This document shows, in pieces, positions 36,508-46,726 of a DNA stretch of 64,000 bases. The position numbers were made by a program, and so were the translations under genes. Origin of the DNA: a bacterium. GTDB taxonomy: Bacteria; Chloroflexota; Dormibacteria; Aeolococcales; Bog-877. The notes under the pieces were generated by a model. That model worked only from the letters and a program-made list of their open reading frames with translations. It had not been told where the DNA came from and searched no databases. Position 1 is the first letter of the stretch; each line of letters opens with the position of its first letter. The stretch is from contig JAKABB010000001.1 of the NCBI GenBank assembly GCA_021802045.1, positions 7,072-71,071 of the forward strand, given 5' to 3'.

Positions 36508-37023
36508 ATGACCCTCTCCAGCCAGGCCCCAGACCCTCAGGCGCCTGCCGGGGCAGCGTGGCTCGACCGGGGCGGGCGGGTGGTGGAGACCGCCATCTAC
36601 GCGGCCGGCGGAGTGTTCCTCATCGGGGCGGCCATCCTGCTCCTGGTGGACCTGGTCCGGGTGGTGCTTGGCACCCTGGGCAACGCCGAGCTCGCGGCCC
36701 TGACCGTCCTGGACCACGTCCTGCTGATCTTCGTCCTGGTCGAGCTCTTCCACACGGTCCGACTGGCGGTGCGGACCCACGAGCTGGAGCCGCAGCCCTT
36801 CCTGGTGGTGGCGCTCATCGCCAGCATCCGGCGCATCCTGGTCATCACCGCGGGAACCACGCCGATCCACAGCACCCGCACCCTCCAGGAGCTGTTCCTG
36901 CTGGTGGTGCTGGTCATCGCCATGTCGGGTGCCCTGCTGCTGTTGCGGGTGACGGGGCGGGGCCGCATCAGCCTGGGGCCTCGGCCGGAGGCGGGGCTCC
37001 CGGACCCGGCTGACGCCCGGTAG
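36508..37023 (+). CDS. PsiE-like (phosphate-starvation-inducible E family) membrane protein
   Basis: A 171-aa, 4-TM protein with LDHVLLIFVLVELFHTV and ALIASIRRILV blocks characteristic of the PsiE family. Confidence 0.7.
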   Translation: MTLSSQAPDPQAPAGAAWLDRGGRVVETAIYAAGGVFLIGAAILLLVDLVRVVLGTLGNAELAALTVLDHVLLIFVLVELFHTVRLAVRTHELEPQPFLVVALIASIRRILVITAGTTPIHSTRTLQELFLLVVLVIAMSGALLLLRVTGRGRISLGPRPEAGLPDPADAR

Positions 37024-37028
37024 GGCTA

Positions 37029-37047
37029 CCGGAGGCCGACTCTCCGG
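37029..37047. terminator. Short hairpin between convergent psiE-like gene and lexA
   Basis: CCGGAG-7 nt-CTCCGG read directly. It is weak, with no U-tract. Confidence 0.3.
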
Positions 37048-37063
37048 GGCCGGTGCAGGCTGC

Positions 37064-37699
37064 TCAGCGGAGGACGCGGATCACCGCCACCACCCGACCC
37101 TCGATGTTCACGGTGTCCGGGTAGAGGGGCTGGTGATGGTCGCTGGCCGGTTGCAGCCGCACGCGGCCGGACTCCCGGTAGATCCGCTTCACCGTGACCT
37201 CGGCCTCCCCGGTGGCGGCGTCCTCAACCCGGGCCACGACGATGGTGCCGTCGGGCGCGTCGGGCCCGGGGCGCACCACGACGAGGTCTCCATCCAGGAT
37301 GGCCGCCTGGACCATGCTGTCGCCGACCACGCGCAGGGCGAAGGCGCCGTCGTCGCCGGCGACCTCGGGTGCCACCGCGATGTGTTCCTCCACGTTCTGC
37401 TCAGCCAGGATGGGCGTGCCAGCCGCCACGCGGCCGATCACCGGCAAGCGAATCACGCGCCCGCTCTGGTCGCCGTCCGAGTGCGCGCCAACGATCTCGA
37501 CGGTACGGGACTTGGTCGGGTCCCGGCGCACCAAGCCCTTGCGGACCAGGACGTTGAGGTGGTTCTGGACGGTGGAGCTGGAACTCAGCCCAACTGCGCG
37601 GCCGATCTCCCGAACGGTGGGGGGGTAGCGATGCTCCCGGGTGCGGTCCCGCAGGTACTCCAAGATCTCGCGCTGCCGCGGATGGAGGCTGTCGATCAT
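37064..37699 (-). CDS. lexA: LexA repressor
   Basis: The ATG at 37699 follows GGGAG. Contains [14 protein letters not shown]...[22 protein letters not shown] (wHTH), the cleavage region, the catalytic Ser (VVGDSM) and Lys (VTVKRIY). The 37813 start is an unsupported extension. Confidence 0.93.
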   Translation of the reverse strand: MIDSLHPRQREILEYLRDRTREHRYPPTVREIGRAVGLSSSSTVQNHLNVLVRKGLVRRDPTKSRTVEIVGAHSDGDQSGRVIRLPVIGRVAAGTPILAEQNVEEHIAVAPEVAGDDGAFALRVVGDSMVQAAILDGDLVVVRPGPDAPDGTIVVARVEDAATGEAEVTVKRIYRESGRVRLQPASDHHQPLYPDTVNIEGRVVAVIRVLR

Positions 37700-37758
37700 G
37701 TGCTGTCTCCCACCGGCGATGGCCCCCTGGGGGCTGCCCCACGCGGGCACCAGCACGC

Positions 37759-37797
37759 ATCCTAGCACCGAATGGGTGTTTTGCAAACGGCTGTTCG
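37759..37797 (-). promoter_or_regulatory. lexA promoter (TTTGCA-17 nt-TAGGAT) with two overlapping LexA-box-like sites
   Basis: The minus strand reads CGAACAGCCGTTTG (37797..37784, overlapping the -35), AAAACACCCATTCG (37782..37769, in the spacer) and TAGGAT (37764..37759). Confidence 0.55.
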
Positions 37798-37950
37798 CGG
37801 CTGTGCGCGGCATGGTGGCAGGGCGATGCCCGGGGAGTCCGGTGGGGGTGCGGTCTCCGGGCCTGGGGGGCCGTCATGCTGGTGGCACGGTCCGGGTCGC
37901 CCGCCGGCCTCAGGGACGGGGTGGCGCGCGGTGGAACGGGAGGACAGCGG

Positions 37951-39447
37951 ATGCAGGCGTACGTGGGGGCGCTGGACCAGGGCACGACCAGCAGCCGCTT
38001 CATGATCTTCGATCACGCGGGGCGGGTGGTCGGGGTGGATCAGCGGGAGCACCGGCAGATCTGCCCGCGGCCTGGTTGGGTGGAGCATGACCCGCTGGAG
38101 ATCTGGCAGCGCAGCCAGGAGGTGATCCGTGGGGCGCTGGCGCAGGCCGGCTGTGGGCCCCGCGACCTGGCCGCGATCGGAGTCGCCGACCAGCGGGAGA
38201 CGGTGGTGGTGTGGGACCGGGCCACCGGCGAGCCGCTCCACAACGCCATCGTCTGGCAGGACACCCGCACCGACGAGCTCTGCCGGGAGCTGGCCGGGGA
38301 CGCCGGGCGCGACCGGTTCCGGTCGCTCACCGGCCTGCCGCTGGCGACCTACTTCTCCGGGCCCAAGATCCGCTGGGTGCTGGACCACGTTGCGGGCGCC
38401 CGCGAGCGGGCGGAGGCGGGCCAGATCCTCGCGGGCACGATCGACACATGGTGCGTCTGGAACCTGACCGGGGGGCCAGAGGGCGGGGTGCACATCACCG
38501 ACGCGACCAATGCCAGCCGGACGCTGCTGATGGACCTGCAGACGCTGAACTGGGATCCCGGGATGCTCCGCACGCTGGGGATCCCCGAGGTCATGCTCCC
38601 CGAGGTTCGCGCTTCCAGCGAGGTCTACGGGACGTGCCGGTCGCCCCTGGCCGGGGTGCCGGTGGCGGCGGCCCTGGGCGACCAGCAGGCCGCCCTCTTC
38701 GGGCAGGGCTGCTTCGCCCCGGGGGAGGCCAAGAACACCTATGGCACCGGCAACTTCCTGCTCCTGAACACGGGGACGACGCCTGTCAGGTCGCACAGCG
38801 GCCTGCTCACCACGGTGGGGTACCGGATCGGTGACCAGGCGCCGGTGTACGGCCTGGAGGGGTCGATCGCCGCCACCGGGGCCGTGGTGCAGTGGCTGCG
38901 CGACAACCTGGGCCTGATCCGGAACGCCGCCGAGGTCGAGGCGCTCGCGGCCAGCGTCGACGACAACGGCGGCGTCTACCTGGTTCCCGCCTTCTCTGGC
39001 CTCTTTGCTCCCTATTGGCGCAGTGACGCCCGCGGGGTGGTGGTGGGCCTGACCCGCCACACCACCAAGGCGCACCTGGCCCGGGCCGCCCTGGAGGCCA
39101 CGGCCTGGCAGACGCGAGAGGTGGTCGACGCCATGAACGCCGACGCGGGCCTCACCCTGACGGCGCTGCGAGTCGACGGTGGCATGGTGCGCAACGAGCT
39201 GCTGATGCAGTTCCAGGCCGACGTGCTGGACATCCCCGTGACCCGGCCCGTGGTGGCTGAGACCACGGCGCTCGGTGCCGCCTACGCAGCCGGCCTTGCC
39301 GTCGGGTTCTGGGCCGGGACGGAGGAGCTGCGGGCCAACTGGGAGGCGGACCGGACCTGGGAGCCGCACATGGACCCGCAGGCACGCGCCCGCGGGTACG
39401 CGGCCTGGAAGAAGGCCGTCCGCCGCACCTTCGATTGGGTGGAGTAG
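37951..39447 (+). CDS. glpK: Glycerol kinase
   Basis: The ATG at 37951 follows GGGAGGA. Contains [28 protein letters not shown] and [10 protein letters not shown]. Confidence 0.95.
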   Translation: MQAYVGALDQGTTSSRFMIFDHAGRVVGVDQREHRQICPRPGWVEHDPLEIWQRSQEVIRGALAQAGCGPRDLAAIGVADQRETVVVWDRATGEPLHNAIVWQDTRTDELCRELAGDAGRDRFRSLTGLPLATYFSGPKIRWVLDHVAGARERAEAGQILAGTIDTWCVWNLTGGPEGGVHITDATNASRTLLMDLQTLNWDPGMLRTLGIPEVMLPEVRASSEVYGTCRSPLAGVPVAAALGDQQAALFGQGCFAPGEAKNTYGTGNFLLLNTGTTPVRSHSGLLTTVGYRIGDQAPVYGLEGSIAATGAVVQWLRDNLGLIRNAAEVEALAASVDDNGGVYLVPAFSGLFAPYWRSDARGVVVGLTRHTTKAHLARAALEATAWQTREVVDAMNADAGLTLTALRVDGGMVRNELLMQFQADVLDIPVTRPVVAETTALGAAYAAGLAVGFWAGTEELRANWEADRTWEPHMDPQARARGYAAWKKAVRRTFDWVE

Positions 39448-39469
39448 GGCGGCGCCGCCCGCTTCCCTC

Positions 39470-41026
39470 ATGATGAAGGCGGTGGAGACCGACCTCCTGG
39501 TGATCGGCGGGGGCGCGACGGGTGCGGGGGTGGCCTGGGATGCCGCCTCGCGGGGCCTGCAGGTGGTGCTGGCCGATCGCGGGGACCTCGCCACCGGGAC
39601 CACTGGCCGCTTCCATGGCCTGCTGCACTCCGGCGCCCGTTATGCGGTCAAGGACCCACGGTCGGCCCGCGAGTGCGCCGCCGAGAACCGGATCCTGCGG
39701 GCCGTCGCGGCAGATTGCATCGAGGACACGGGGGGCCTGTTCGTCTCGACCCCGGCGGACGATGCGGCGTATGCCGACGGCTTCGTGGCCGCGTGCCAGC
39801 AAGCCGGGGTGGCGGCCACGGAGGTCCCGGTGACGGAGGTGCTCCGGGCCGAGCCACACCTGTGCCCGGGCATCACCCGTGCGTTCGCCGTCCCTGACGC
39901 CACGATCGACGCCTGGAAGACGGTGTGGGCCTGTGCCCGGGCGGCGGCCGCCCATGGCGCGGCCATCCTCCCGTACCAGGAGGTCGTCCGGTTGATGGTC
40001 GAGGGCGACGCCGTCTGTGGCGCGGTCCTCCGCCACGCGCGCTCTGGGGAGGAGATCACGGTCCGCGCCCGGTACGTCGTCAATGCCGCCGGCGCGTGGG
40101 CGGGGCGGGTGGCGCGCCTGGCCGGCTGCGACGTGGCGGTGGTCGCGGGCAAGGGCGTGATGGTCGCCATGAACCACCGGCTGGTGAACGCCGTGGTCAA
40201 CCGGTGCGCCATGCCGGGGGACGGCGACATCCTGGTCCCGGTGCGCACTGTCAGCGTGATTGGCACCACCGATGCGCGGGTCGAGGATCCCGACCGGGTC
40301 CAGGCGTCGGCCGACGAGGTGCGGGCCATGCTGGCGGCGGGCGAGTCCTTCATCCCCGGCTTTACCCAGCACCGCGCCCTGCGGGTCTGGGCCGGGGTCC
40401 GGCCGCTCTTCGCGGCCACGTCCCCGACCAGCGCCGAGACCCGCGACCTGTCCCGGGGCCACACCGTCATCGACCACGCGGCCCGCGAAGGGGTGGGGCG
40501 GTTCATCACGATCGCCGGGGGCAAGTTCACCACCTTCCGGCTCATGGCCGAGGAGACGGTCGACGCGGTATGCGCCGATCTCGGCGTGCGGGCCGAGTGC
40601 CGGACCGCCGCCGAGACGCTGCCGGACAGCGAAGAGCGCCACTACTACTGGATTGGGGCCCGTCAGGCGCAGGCGGAGGCCCGCCCCGTGGACGACCCCC
40701 TGGTCTGCGAGTGCGAACTGGTGTCGCGCCAGGACCTGCTGGTGGCGGCGGCCCGGCGCCCCGGGCTCGACCTCGATGACCTGCGCCGAGCGCTGCGGCT
40801 CGGGATGGGCCCGTGCCAGGGCGGATTCTGCATGGCCCGGGCCACCGGATTGCTCCACGAGGCCGGCCACCTGGACCGAGCCGCGGCCAACGCGGCGCTC
40901 CGCGACTTCGTGGAGGAACGGTGGCGGGGGATTCAGGCCTTGGCCTGGGGCGACCAGCTGCGGCAGATGCGGCTCGACGCATGGATCCTGCTCGGAGTGC
41001 TCGATCTCGAGCACCTCCCGGAGTGA
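39470..41026 (+). CDS. glpA: Anaerobic glycerol-3-phosphate dehydrogenase subunit A
   Basis: Contains DLLVIGGGATGAGVAWDAASRG (FAD-binding) and a C-terminal BFD-like 2Fe-2S domain (CECE...MGPCQGGFC). The 39275 start overlaps glpK. Confidence 0.9.
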   Translation: MMKAVETDLLVIGGGATGAGVAWDAASRGLQVVLADRGDLATGTTGRFHGLLHSGARYAVKDPRSARECAAENRILRAVAADCIEDTGGLFVSTPADDAAYADGFVAACQQAGVAATEVPVTEVLRAEPHLCPGITRAFAVPDATIDAWKTVWACARAAAAHGAAILPYQEVVRLMVEGDAVCGAVLRHARSGEEITVRARYVVNAAGAWAGRVARLAGCDVAVVAGKGVMVAMNHRLVNAVVNRCAMPGDGDILVPVRTVSVIGTTDARVEDPDRVQASADEVRAMLAAGESFIPGFTQHRALRVWAGVRPLFAATSPTSAETRDLSRGHTVIDHAAREGVGRFITIAGGKFTTFRLMAEETVDAVCADLGVRAECRTAAETLPDSEERHYYWIGARQAQAEARPVDDPLVCECELVSRQDLLVAAARRPGLDLDDLRRALRLGMGPCQGGFCMARATGLLHEAGHLDRAAANAALRDFVEERWRGIQALAWGDQLRQMRLDAWILLGVLDLEHLPE

Positions 41027-41055
41027 CGGGGCCCGTGGTGGACCCATCGGCCCGG

Positions 41056-42333
41056 ATGGCGGGGAACGATCGGGCAGCGGCCGATGTGGTGGTCATCGGA
41101 GCCGGCACCGCCGGGCTGGTGGCCGCCATCCGCCTGTCGCAGGGCGGGCTGCGGGTGCGGGTGGTGGCCGCCGGCCACGGGTGCCTGGTACTGGCGCCCG
41201 GAGTGATCGACGTCCTGGGCTATGCGCCGGAGCGTGTCGCGGATCCCGCTCGGGCTCTGGCACCCTTCGTCGCGGCCCACCCGGATCACCCCTACGCTCG
41301 AGTCGGGCCGGATGGCCTCGACCGGGCCCTGGCCTGGTTCCGCGAGACCGTGGCGCCCCTTGGGTATGTGGGAGCGCTGCGCCACAATCGCCTCCTGCTC
41401 ACTGCTCTCGGTGGGCTGCGCCCGTCATGCCTGGTGCCACAGACGATGGCGGCCGGAGACCTCAGCCAGGGGGGCCCGGTGCTGGTGGTCGGCTTCCACG
41501 GCCTGCGCGACTTCTCCCCGGCGTTGGTCGCGGCCAACCTTTGCGCCGTCGTGCCCGCACCGGGGACCGGGGTGGCGGCGCGGGCCGCCACTCTGGAGTG
41601 GCCCGGGCCCTCGGGCGACGGCCGACCGCTGACCCTGGCCCGGCGGCTGGAGGACCGGTCGCTGCGCGCGGCGGTCGGGCGCGACCTGCGCACCGTCCTG
41701 GGTGACGAGCCGCGGGTGGGGATGCCGGCGGTGCTCGGCGTCGACCGCTGGCAGGAGGTGTGGGAGGAGATGCAGCTGGTGGCCGGCCGGCCGATCTTCG
41801 AGATCCCGCTGGTGCCGCCATCGATCCCCGGACTGCGACTCTTCGACCTCCTGCGCCGGGTCCTGCGGGCCGCCGGCGGGCGGCTGCAGGTGGGAGCACC
41901 GGTCACCGGCGTCCGCCACCGCAACGGCCGGGTGGAGGCCGTCACGGTGGCCCGGACGCCGCGCGAGCAGGTGATCGACACGCGCTGGGTGGTCCTGGCC
42001 ACCGGAGGGGTCGGGGGGGGCGGTCTCCAGGTCGACCCGGACGGCACCGTTCGGGAGCCGACCCTCGGGCTGCCGGTACACGGGGTCCCGGTGCCCGGGC
42101 ACCCGCGCGTCCTGCCCGACCCCTTCGCGTCGCACCCCCTGGATCGCGCCGGCCTGGCCGTCGACGAGGCCTGGCGCCCGGTCGACCGATCAGGTCGGGT
42201 GGTGGCCCTCAACCTCCACGCCGCGGGAGCGGCCCTGACGGGATGCGAGCCCTGGCGGGAGAAGTCGGGGGAGGGGATCAGCATCGCCACGGGCTACCTG
42301 GCGGCGTCAGCCATCCTGGAGGAGGCGGGATGA
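41056..42333 (+). CDS. glpB: Anaerobic glycerol-3-phosphate dehydrogenase subunit B
   Basis: Contains ADVVVIGAGTAGLVAAIRL (FAD-binding). It is positioned between glpA and glpC. The start is uncertain (ATG 41056 or GTG about 41036). Confidence 0.8.
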   Translation: MAGNDRAAADVVVIGAGTAGLVAAIRLSQGGLRVRVVAAGHGCLVLAPGVIDVLGYAPERVADPARALAPFVAAHPDHPYARVGPDGLDRALAWFRETVAPLGYVGALRHNRLLLTALGGLRPSCLVPQTMAAGDLSQGGPVLVVGFHGLRDFSPALVAANLCAVVPAPGTGVAARAATLEWPGPSGDGRPLTLARRLEDRSLRAAVGRDLRTVLGDEPRVGMPAVLGVDRWQEVWEEMQLVAGRPIFEIPLVPPSIPGLRLFDLLRRVLRAAGGRLQVGAPVTGVRHRNGRVEAVTVARTPREQVIDTRWVVLATGGVGGGGLQVDPDGTVREPTLGLPVHGVPVPGHPRVLPDPFASHPLDRAGLAVDEAWRPVDRSGRVVALNLHAAGAALTGCEPWREKSGEGISIATGYLAASAILEEAG

Positions 42334-43592
42334 CGCCAGGCCGGTTGGCGCTGACGGCGGTGGGCGACTCGCTCGACCGCTGCATCAAGTGCACCGTCTG
42401 CGAGAGCGCGTGCCCGGTGGCGGCGGTCACGTCGCTCTTCCCTGGCCCGAAGACGGTTGGCCCGCAGGCGGAGCGGTTCCGGCAGAGCCAGGGTTCCTCG
42501 CCGGACCGCTCGGTCGACTACTGCTCGGGCTGCGGGGTGTGCACCCGAGTCTGCCCCCACGGGGTCCGCATCGCGGAGATCAATGCCCGGGCTCGGGCCC
42601 GGTGGCGGGGCCGCACGGGAGTGTCGCTGCGGGACCACCTCCTGGCCCGGCCGGTGTTGACCGGCCGCCTGGGCCGGCCGGTCGCGCCGGTGTTCAACTG
42701 GGCCCTTGGGCAGCGGCCCCTGCGCGTCGCCGCGGAGCGGCTCCTTGGGGTCCACCGCGCCGCGCCGCTCCCGCGGGTGGTCGGCCGGACCTTTCGGTAC
42801 CGGGTGAGCCGCCGCCGCCCTCCGCGGAGCCCCGACCGCGTCGTGTACTTCCACGGCTGCAGCGTCGACTACTTCGAGCCGTGGGTGGGGCAGATGACGG
42901 TGGCGATCCTGGAGCACAACGGCTTTGCCGTGGACATCCCCCGGCAGGGGTGCTGCGGGCTGCCGCTGCAATCCACCGGCCTCTTCGAGCCGGCACGCCG
43001 GTCGGTCCGGCGGCTGGCCCGGTCCCTGTCCCCGGCTGGGACCGATGGCCTCCCGATCATCGCCTCCTCGACCAGCTGCGGACTGATGGTGAAGCGCGAG
43101 GCCGAGGAGATCCTGGGGGTGGAGGACGCGCGCCTGCGGGACGTCAGCCGCCGGACCTACGACCTCTTCGAGTTCCTGGCCGGGCTCCACCGGGCCGGCC
43201 GCCTGCGCACCGACTTCACCCCGGTGCCCCTGACCGTCGCCTACTACGCTCCCTGCCAGCAGCGCGGACAGGGGATCGGGGAGCCGGCGATGGACGTTCT
43301 GGGGCTGGTGCCGGGCCTGCGGATCCTGGAACTCGACCGCTCCTGCTGTGGGATCGCGGGAACCTATGGCCTGAAGCGCGAAAAGTACGCCATCGCGATG
43401 GCGGTCGGGCGGCCGCTCTTCGACGACATCGCGGCCGCCCGGCCCGACCTGGTGGCGTGCGACAGCGAGACCTGCCGCTGGCAGATCGGGCGGGCCACCG
43501 GCCTGCCCACCGTGCATCCCCTGGAGCTCCTCTATCGCGCCTACGGGGGCGCGGAGCCGGGCAGCGCCGCTGCCGGACCCGGGGGGCAGTGA
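42330..43592 (+). CDS. glpC: Anaerobic glycerol-3-phosphate dehydrogenase subunit C (Fe-S / CCG-domain protein)
   Basis: The ATG overlaps the glpB stop (ATGA). Contains CIKCTVCESACP and CSGCGVCTRVCP ferredoxin motifs and two CCG motifs (GCCGLPL, SCCGIAG). Confidence 0.85.
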   Translation: MTPGRLALTAVGDSLDRCIKCTVCESACPVAAVTSLFPGPKTVGPQAERFRQSQGSSPDRSVDYCSGCGVCTRVCPHGVRIAEINARARARWRGRTGVSLRDHLLARPVLTGRLGRPVAPVFNWALGQRPLRVAAERLLGVHRAAPLPRVVGRTFRYRVSRRRPPRSPDRVVYFHGCSVDYFEPWVGQMTVAILEHNGFAVDIPRQGCCGLPLQSTGLFEPARRSVRRLARSLSPAGTDGLPIIASSTSCGLMVKREAEEILGVEDARLRDVSRRTYDLFEFLAGLHRAGRLRTDFTPVPLTVAYYAPCQQRGQGIGEPAMDVLGLVPGLRILELDRSCCGIAGTYGLKREKYAIAMAVGRPLFDDIAAARPDLVACDSETCRWQIGRATGLPTVHPLELLYRAYGGAEPGSAAAGPGGQ

Positions 43593-43784
43593 CCGCCCCT
43601 GCTAGGATGGCCCATGGCCCGGGGCCGTGCCGCGACGCCCGTCCGGCCCGGGGAGCCATCGGATCTCCGTGGGAGCCACGATGTCCAAGCCAATCGGGAC
43701 CGTGCTCCGGGAAGGGTGGATTGCCGCCGGGCCGTCCGGCCAGGGGCGGAGGTCGCCACAGCCGCGGCGGTCTGAGCTGAGCGC

Positions 43785-44498
43785 TTGGCCCCGGGGGGCT
43801 CGCGGGGCGGGCCGGCGCTGGCCGACGTGAAGGTGCCCGAAGACGCCGTGGGGCCGTTGGCCACGCTGGGCCGGCCGGCGGACCATCCACCCGCGGCGCT
43901 CCCGGGGGGCGCGCCCCCGCCGCCGGAGGCCTCGTCGGGTCGTTCGCCCGCCCGGACCCGGGTGGTGTTCGCCACCACGGTGGTGCGGATCGTCCTGGCC
44001 TCGGTGGTGCTGGCCCTGGTGCTCACCGGGGCCCCCGCCGCCGCCGCCGTCGTCTTCGCCGTCGCGGCCGCCACCGACTACCTCGACGGGTACCTGGCCC
44101 GGCGCTGGGGGGTGAGCACCGCCGCCGGCAGCTTCCTCGACACCACGGCCGACAAGGTGCTGGTGACCGGCGCCCTGATCGCCCTGGTCTCCGTGGGGCG
44201 TGTCTGGCCCTGGGCGGCGTTCGTCATCATCGGCCGGGAGCTGGCCGTGATGGGCCTGCGCAGCTCGGCCGCCATGCGCGGGACCCTGATGGTGGCCTCA
44301 CCCACCGGACGGCTGAAGACGGCCATCCAGTTCGTCGCCATCCTGGTCGCGATCCTGGGCTGGAACCATCCGGTCGGACCGCTGGGCCTCGATCAGTGGG
44401 TGATGCTGGCCGCGGTGGCGATCACCGTGGCCTCAGCGGTCGAGTACCTGGCCCGGTTCTCGTGGACCGCGAAGCCCCGGGGCCGGATCGCGCCGTAG
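43785..44498 (+). CDS. pgsA: CDP-alcohol phosphatidyltransferase (PgsA-like CDP-diacylglycerol--glycerol-3-phosphate 3-phosphatidyltransferase)
   Basis: Contains the CDP-OH-P motif DYLDGYLARRWGVSTAAGSFLDTTADK and a polytopic membrane pattern. The N-terminal ~55 aa is Pro/Ala-rich and the start is uncertain (TTG 43785 or GTG about 43827). Confidence 0.8.
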   Translation: MAPGGSRGGPALADVKVPEDAVGPLATLGRPADHPPAALPGGAPPPPEASSGRSPARTRVVFATTVVRIVLASVVLALVLTGAPAAAAVVFAVAAATDYLDGYLARRWGVSTAAGSFLDTTADKVLVTGALIALVSVGRVWPWAAFVIIGRELAVMGLRSSAAMRGTLMVASPTGRLKTAIQFVAILVAILGWNHPVGPLGLDQWVMLAAVAITVASAVEYLARFSWTAKPRGRIAP

Positions 44499-44503
44499 GC
44501 CCG

Positions 44504-45490
44504 GTGGACGAGCCGGTCTTCCTCACCGGGGGTGGCGGTTTCGTCGGCGGCGCGCTCCTGGAGCGGCTGCTGGCCGAGGGCCGCACGGTGCGCGCCCTGA
44601 CCCGGTCGCCGGCGGGCGCCGCGCGCCTGCGCCATCAGGGGGCAGAGCCGGTCCTGGGAGACGTGCTCGACGCCGACGGGCTGAGCGCAGCGATGCGGGG
44701 CACCAGTCTGGTGTTCCATGCGGCGGGGGTGAACGCCTTCTGCCCGGTGGACCCGGGCCCGATGTTCCGGACCAACGTCGAGGGCTCGGCCAACGTCGTG
44801 CGGGCCGCGGCCGCGGCCGGCGTGGCCCGGGTGGTGTACACCTCGTCCGCCGCCACCCTAGGGGAGGCGGCGGGAACGGTGGGCGACGAGTGGGCGGCGC
44901 ATCGGGGCTGGTTCCTCTCGGCCTACGAGCGGTCGAAGTACGAGGCCGAGCGCCGGGTGCTGGAGACCGCCGCCACGCTCGGCGTCGACGTGGTCTGCGT
45001 CAATCCCTCGTCGGTGCAGGGGCCGGGCCGGACGCGGGGGACCGCCCGCTGGCTGATTCGCTATGCCAACGGCCGGCTGCGGTGGATGGTCGACACCAGC
45101 GTGAGCCTGGTGGACGTCGCCGACTGCACGGCCGGGCACCTCCTGGCCGCCGCCGTTGGGGCCTCGGGGGCCCGGTACGTCCTCAACGGGACCACGCTGC
45201 CGGTGCGCCAGCTGCTCCAGGTGGTGGAGGAGGTCAGTGGGCAGGTTCACCCGGTGCGCTGGGTGCCGGGCCCGGTGGCGCTGGCCGGGGCCGCCGCGGT
45301 GGAGGCGGCCTTTCGTGTCCGCCGCCGCCGTCCGCCGGTGTGTCGCGAGATGATGCGGACCTTGCTCCACGGGCACCGCTACGACGGTGGCCGTGCCACC
45401 CGCGAACTGGGGCTGGCGTACACGCCGGTGGAGCAGTCCGTGCGGGCCGCCCTGGCCTGGTATGCCGAGCATGGGCAGCTGCGGGCGTAG
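44504..45490 (+). CDS. NAD-dependent epimerase/dehydratase family (extended SDR) protein
   Basis: Contains VFLTGGGGFVGGALLERL (Rossmann fold), the catalytic YERSK and VYTSSAATLG. It resembles HpnA/dihydroflavonol-reductase-like SDRs. Confidence 0.85.
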   Translation: MDEPVFLTGGGGFVGGALLERLLAEGRTVRALTRSPAGAARLRHQGAEPVLGDVLDADGLSAAMRGTSLVFHAAGVNAFCPVDPGPMFRTNVEGSANVVRAAAAAGVARVVYTSSAATLGEAAGTVGDEWAAHRGWFLSAYERSKYEAERRVLETAATLGVDVVCVNPSSVQGPGRTRGTARWLIRYANGRLRWMVDTSVSLVDVADCTAGHLLAAAVGASGARYVLNGTTLPVRQLLQVVEEVSGQVHPVRWVPGPVALAGAAAVEAAFRVRRRRPPVCREMMRTLLHGHRYDGGRATRELGLAYTPVEQSVRAALAWYAEHGQLRA

Positions 45491-45586
45491 GCCGCGGGCG
45501 CGCATCCCGCAGGGCGTCCCGGCGGCGCCTATACTGCCGAGGCGCGGGGCGGCGGCCCGAGTGGGCAGAGCCCCCCGACGGGCGGC

Positions 45587-46459
45587 GTGCGGATCGAGCG
45601 GGTGATGGAAGTGGACGGAAGCCGCCAGGGGCCCGTGGGGGACGGAGCCCGCCGGGCGAGCCGCGACCTCCCGTGGTCGAGGAGCCCACTGGCTGGACTG
45701 GCCCGCGAGGGCTTCCTGACCTTGGTCCTGCGGCCGGTGGTTCGGCACTACGGGCACCCCCGCGTGGCCGGGCTGGAGCACCTTCGCGGGCTGGCCCCCC
45801 CGTTCCTGCTGGCCGCCAATCACGCCAGCCACCTCGACACGGCGGCCATCCTCCTGGCGCTCCCGCGGCGGCTCCGCCGCCGGACCCTGGTGGCGGCGGC
45901 CGCGGACCACTTCTTCGATCAACCCCTGAAGGGTGCCCTGGTGGCGCTGGCTGTGGGCGCGGTCGCCCTGGAGCGTCGGCGTGCCCCCCGCGAGTCGGTG
46001 GAGTTGGCCCGCCGCCTACTCGGGGACGGCTGGAACCTGGTGGTCTTCCCCGAGGGCAGCCGGAGCCTCGACGGCCGACTCCATGCCGGCAAGCGCGGCA
46101 CGGCCCTGCTGGCCGCCGCGGCGAGAGTCCCCGTGGTCCCGGTGGGCCTGCTCGGGACCTTTGCGATCCTGCCCGCCGGTGACCATTGGCCCAGCCGTGG
46201 CCAGGTGGAGGTCCGCTTCGGCGAGCCGCTCCTCCCAGCGGCTCCGGGCCGTGCCGCCCAGGGCCGCTGGGGCCTGCGGGCGGCCACTGACCGGATCATG
46301 GCGTCCATCCAGGGGTTGACGGGTCAGGACCTGACGGTGGAGCCGCCCCCTGTCGGGAGGGAGCGGCCCCTGGACTGGATGAGCCCCGGTGGGCCGGTGG
46401 GCCCGGGCTCCCGGGACGGGGAATTGGGGCCGTTGGGGGCGGCCCGTCCCAGAGGCTGA
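45587..46459 (+). CDS. 1-acyl-sn-glycerol-3-phosphate acyltransferase family (PlsC-type) protein
   Basis: Contains the HX4D motif (AANHASHLD) and VVFPEGSRS. The start is either GTG 45587 or ATG 45605. Confidence 0.85.
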   Translation: MRIERVMEVDGSRQGPVGDGARRASRDLPWSRSPLAGLAREGFLTLVLRPVVRHYGHPRVAGLEHLRGLAPPFLLAANHASHLDTAAILLALPRRLRRRTLVAAAADHFFDQPLKGALVALAVGAVALERRRAPRESVELARRLLGDGWNLVVFPEGSRSLDGRLHAGKRGTALLAAAARVPVVPVGLLGTFAILPAGDHWPSRGQVEVRFGEPLLPAAPGRAAQGRWGLRAATDRIMASIQGLTGQDLTVEPPPVGRERPLDWMSPGGPVGPGSRDGELGPLGAARPRG

Positions 46460-46726
46460 GCCTCGGCGGTCGGGCCGCCGTCAGGGGATCGACGGTCGCC
46501 GGGCTGAGGGGCCGGCCCCGCGTCAGGGCCCGCTGGGGGCCCAGGATCCCTGCGCGGCCCCGCCCCGGCGTCTGCCCACCCGCTCGCCCCGGTGTCGAAC
46601 GAGGAGGAGGGGGCGCGCTTGCCACCCCCGGACCCGCACCGGCGTTTGAGCGCTGCCCTCGGTGGGTATAGACCCATTGGGGCTGATGCGACCTTCGGGG
46701 GCCGCCGGCCGGGAGGGAGCGACAGG

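Noticed and set aside
43614-43775. A 53-codon ORF starting 5 nt after TAGGAT, in the same frame as pgsA and separated from it by a TGA plus three codons. It could be a read-through, a selenocysteine site or a frameshifted N-terminus.
   Set aside because: The peptide (MARGRAATPVRPGEPSDLRGSHDVQANRDRAPGR...) is unlike protein, its third-position GC bias is weak, and no SECIS-like hairpin is evident. It is more likely a 5' UTR.
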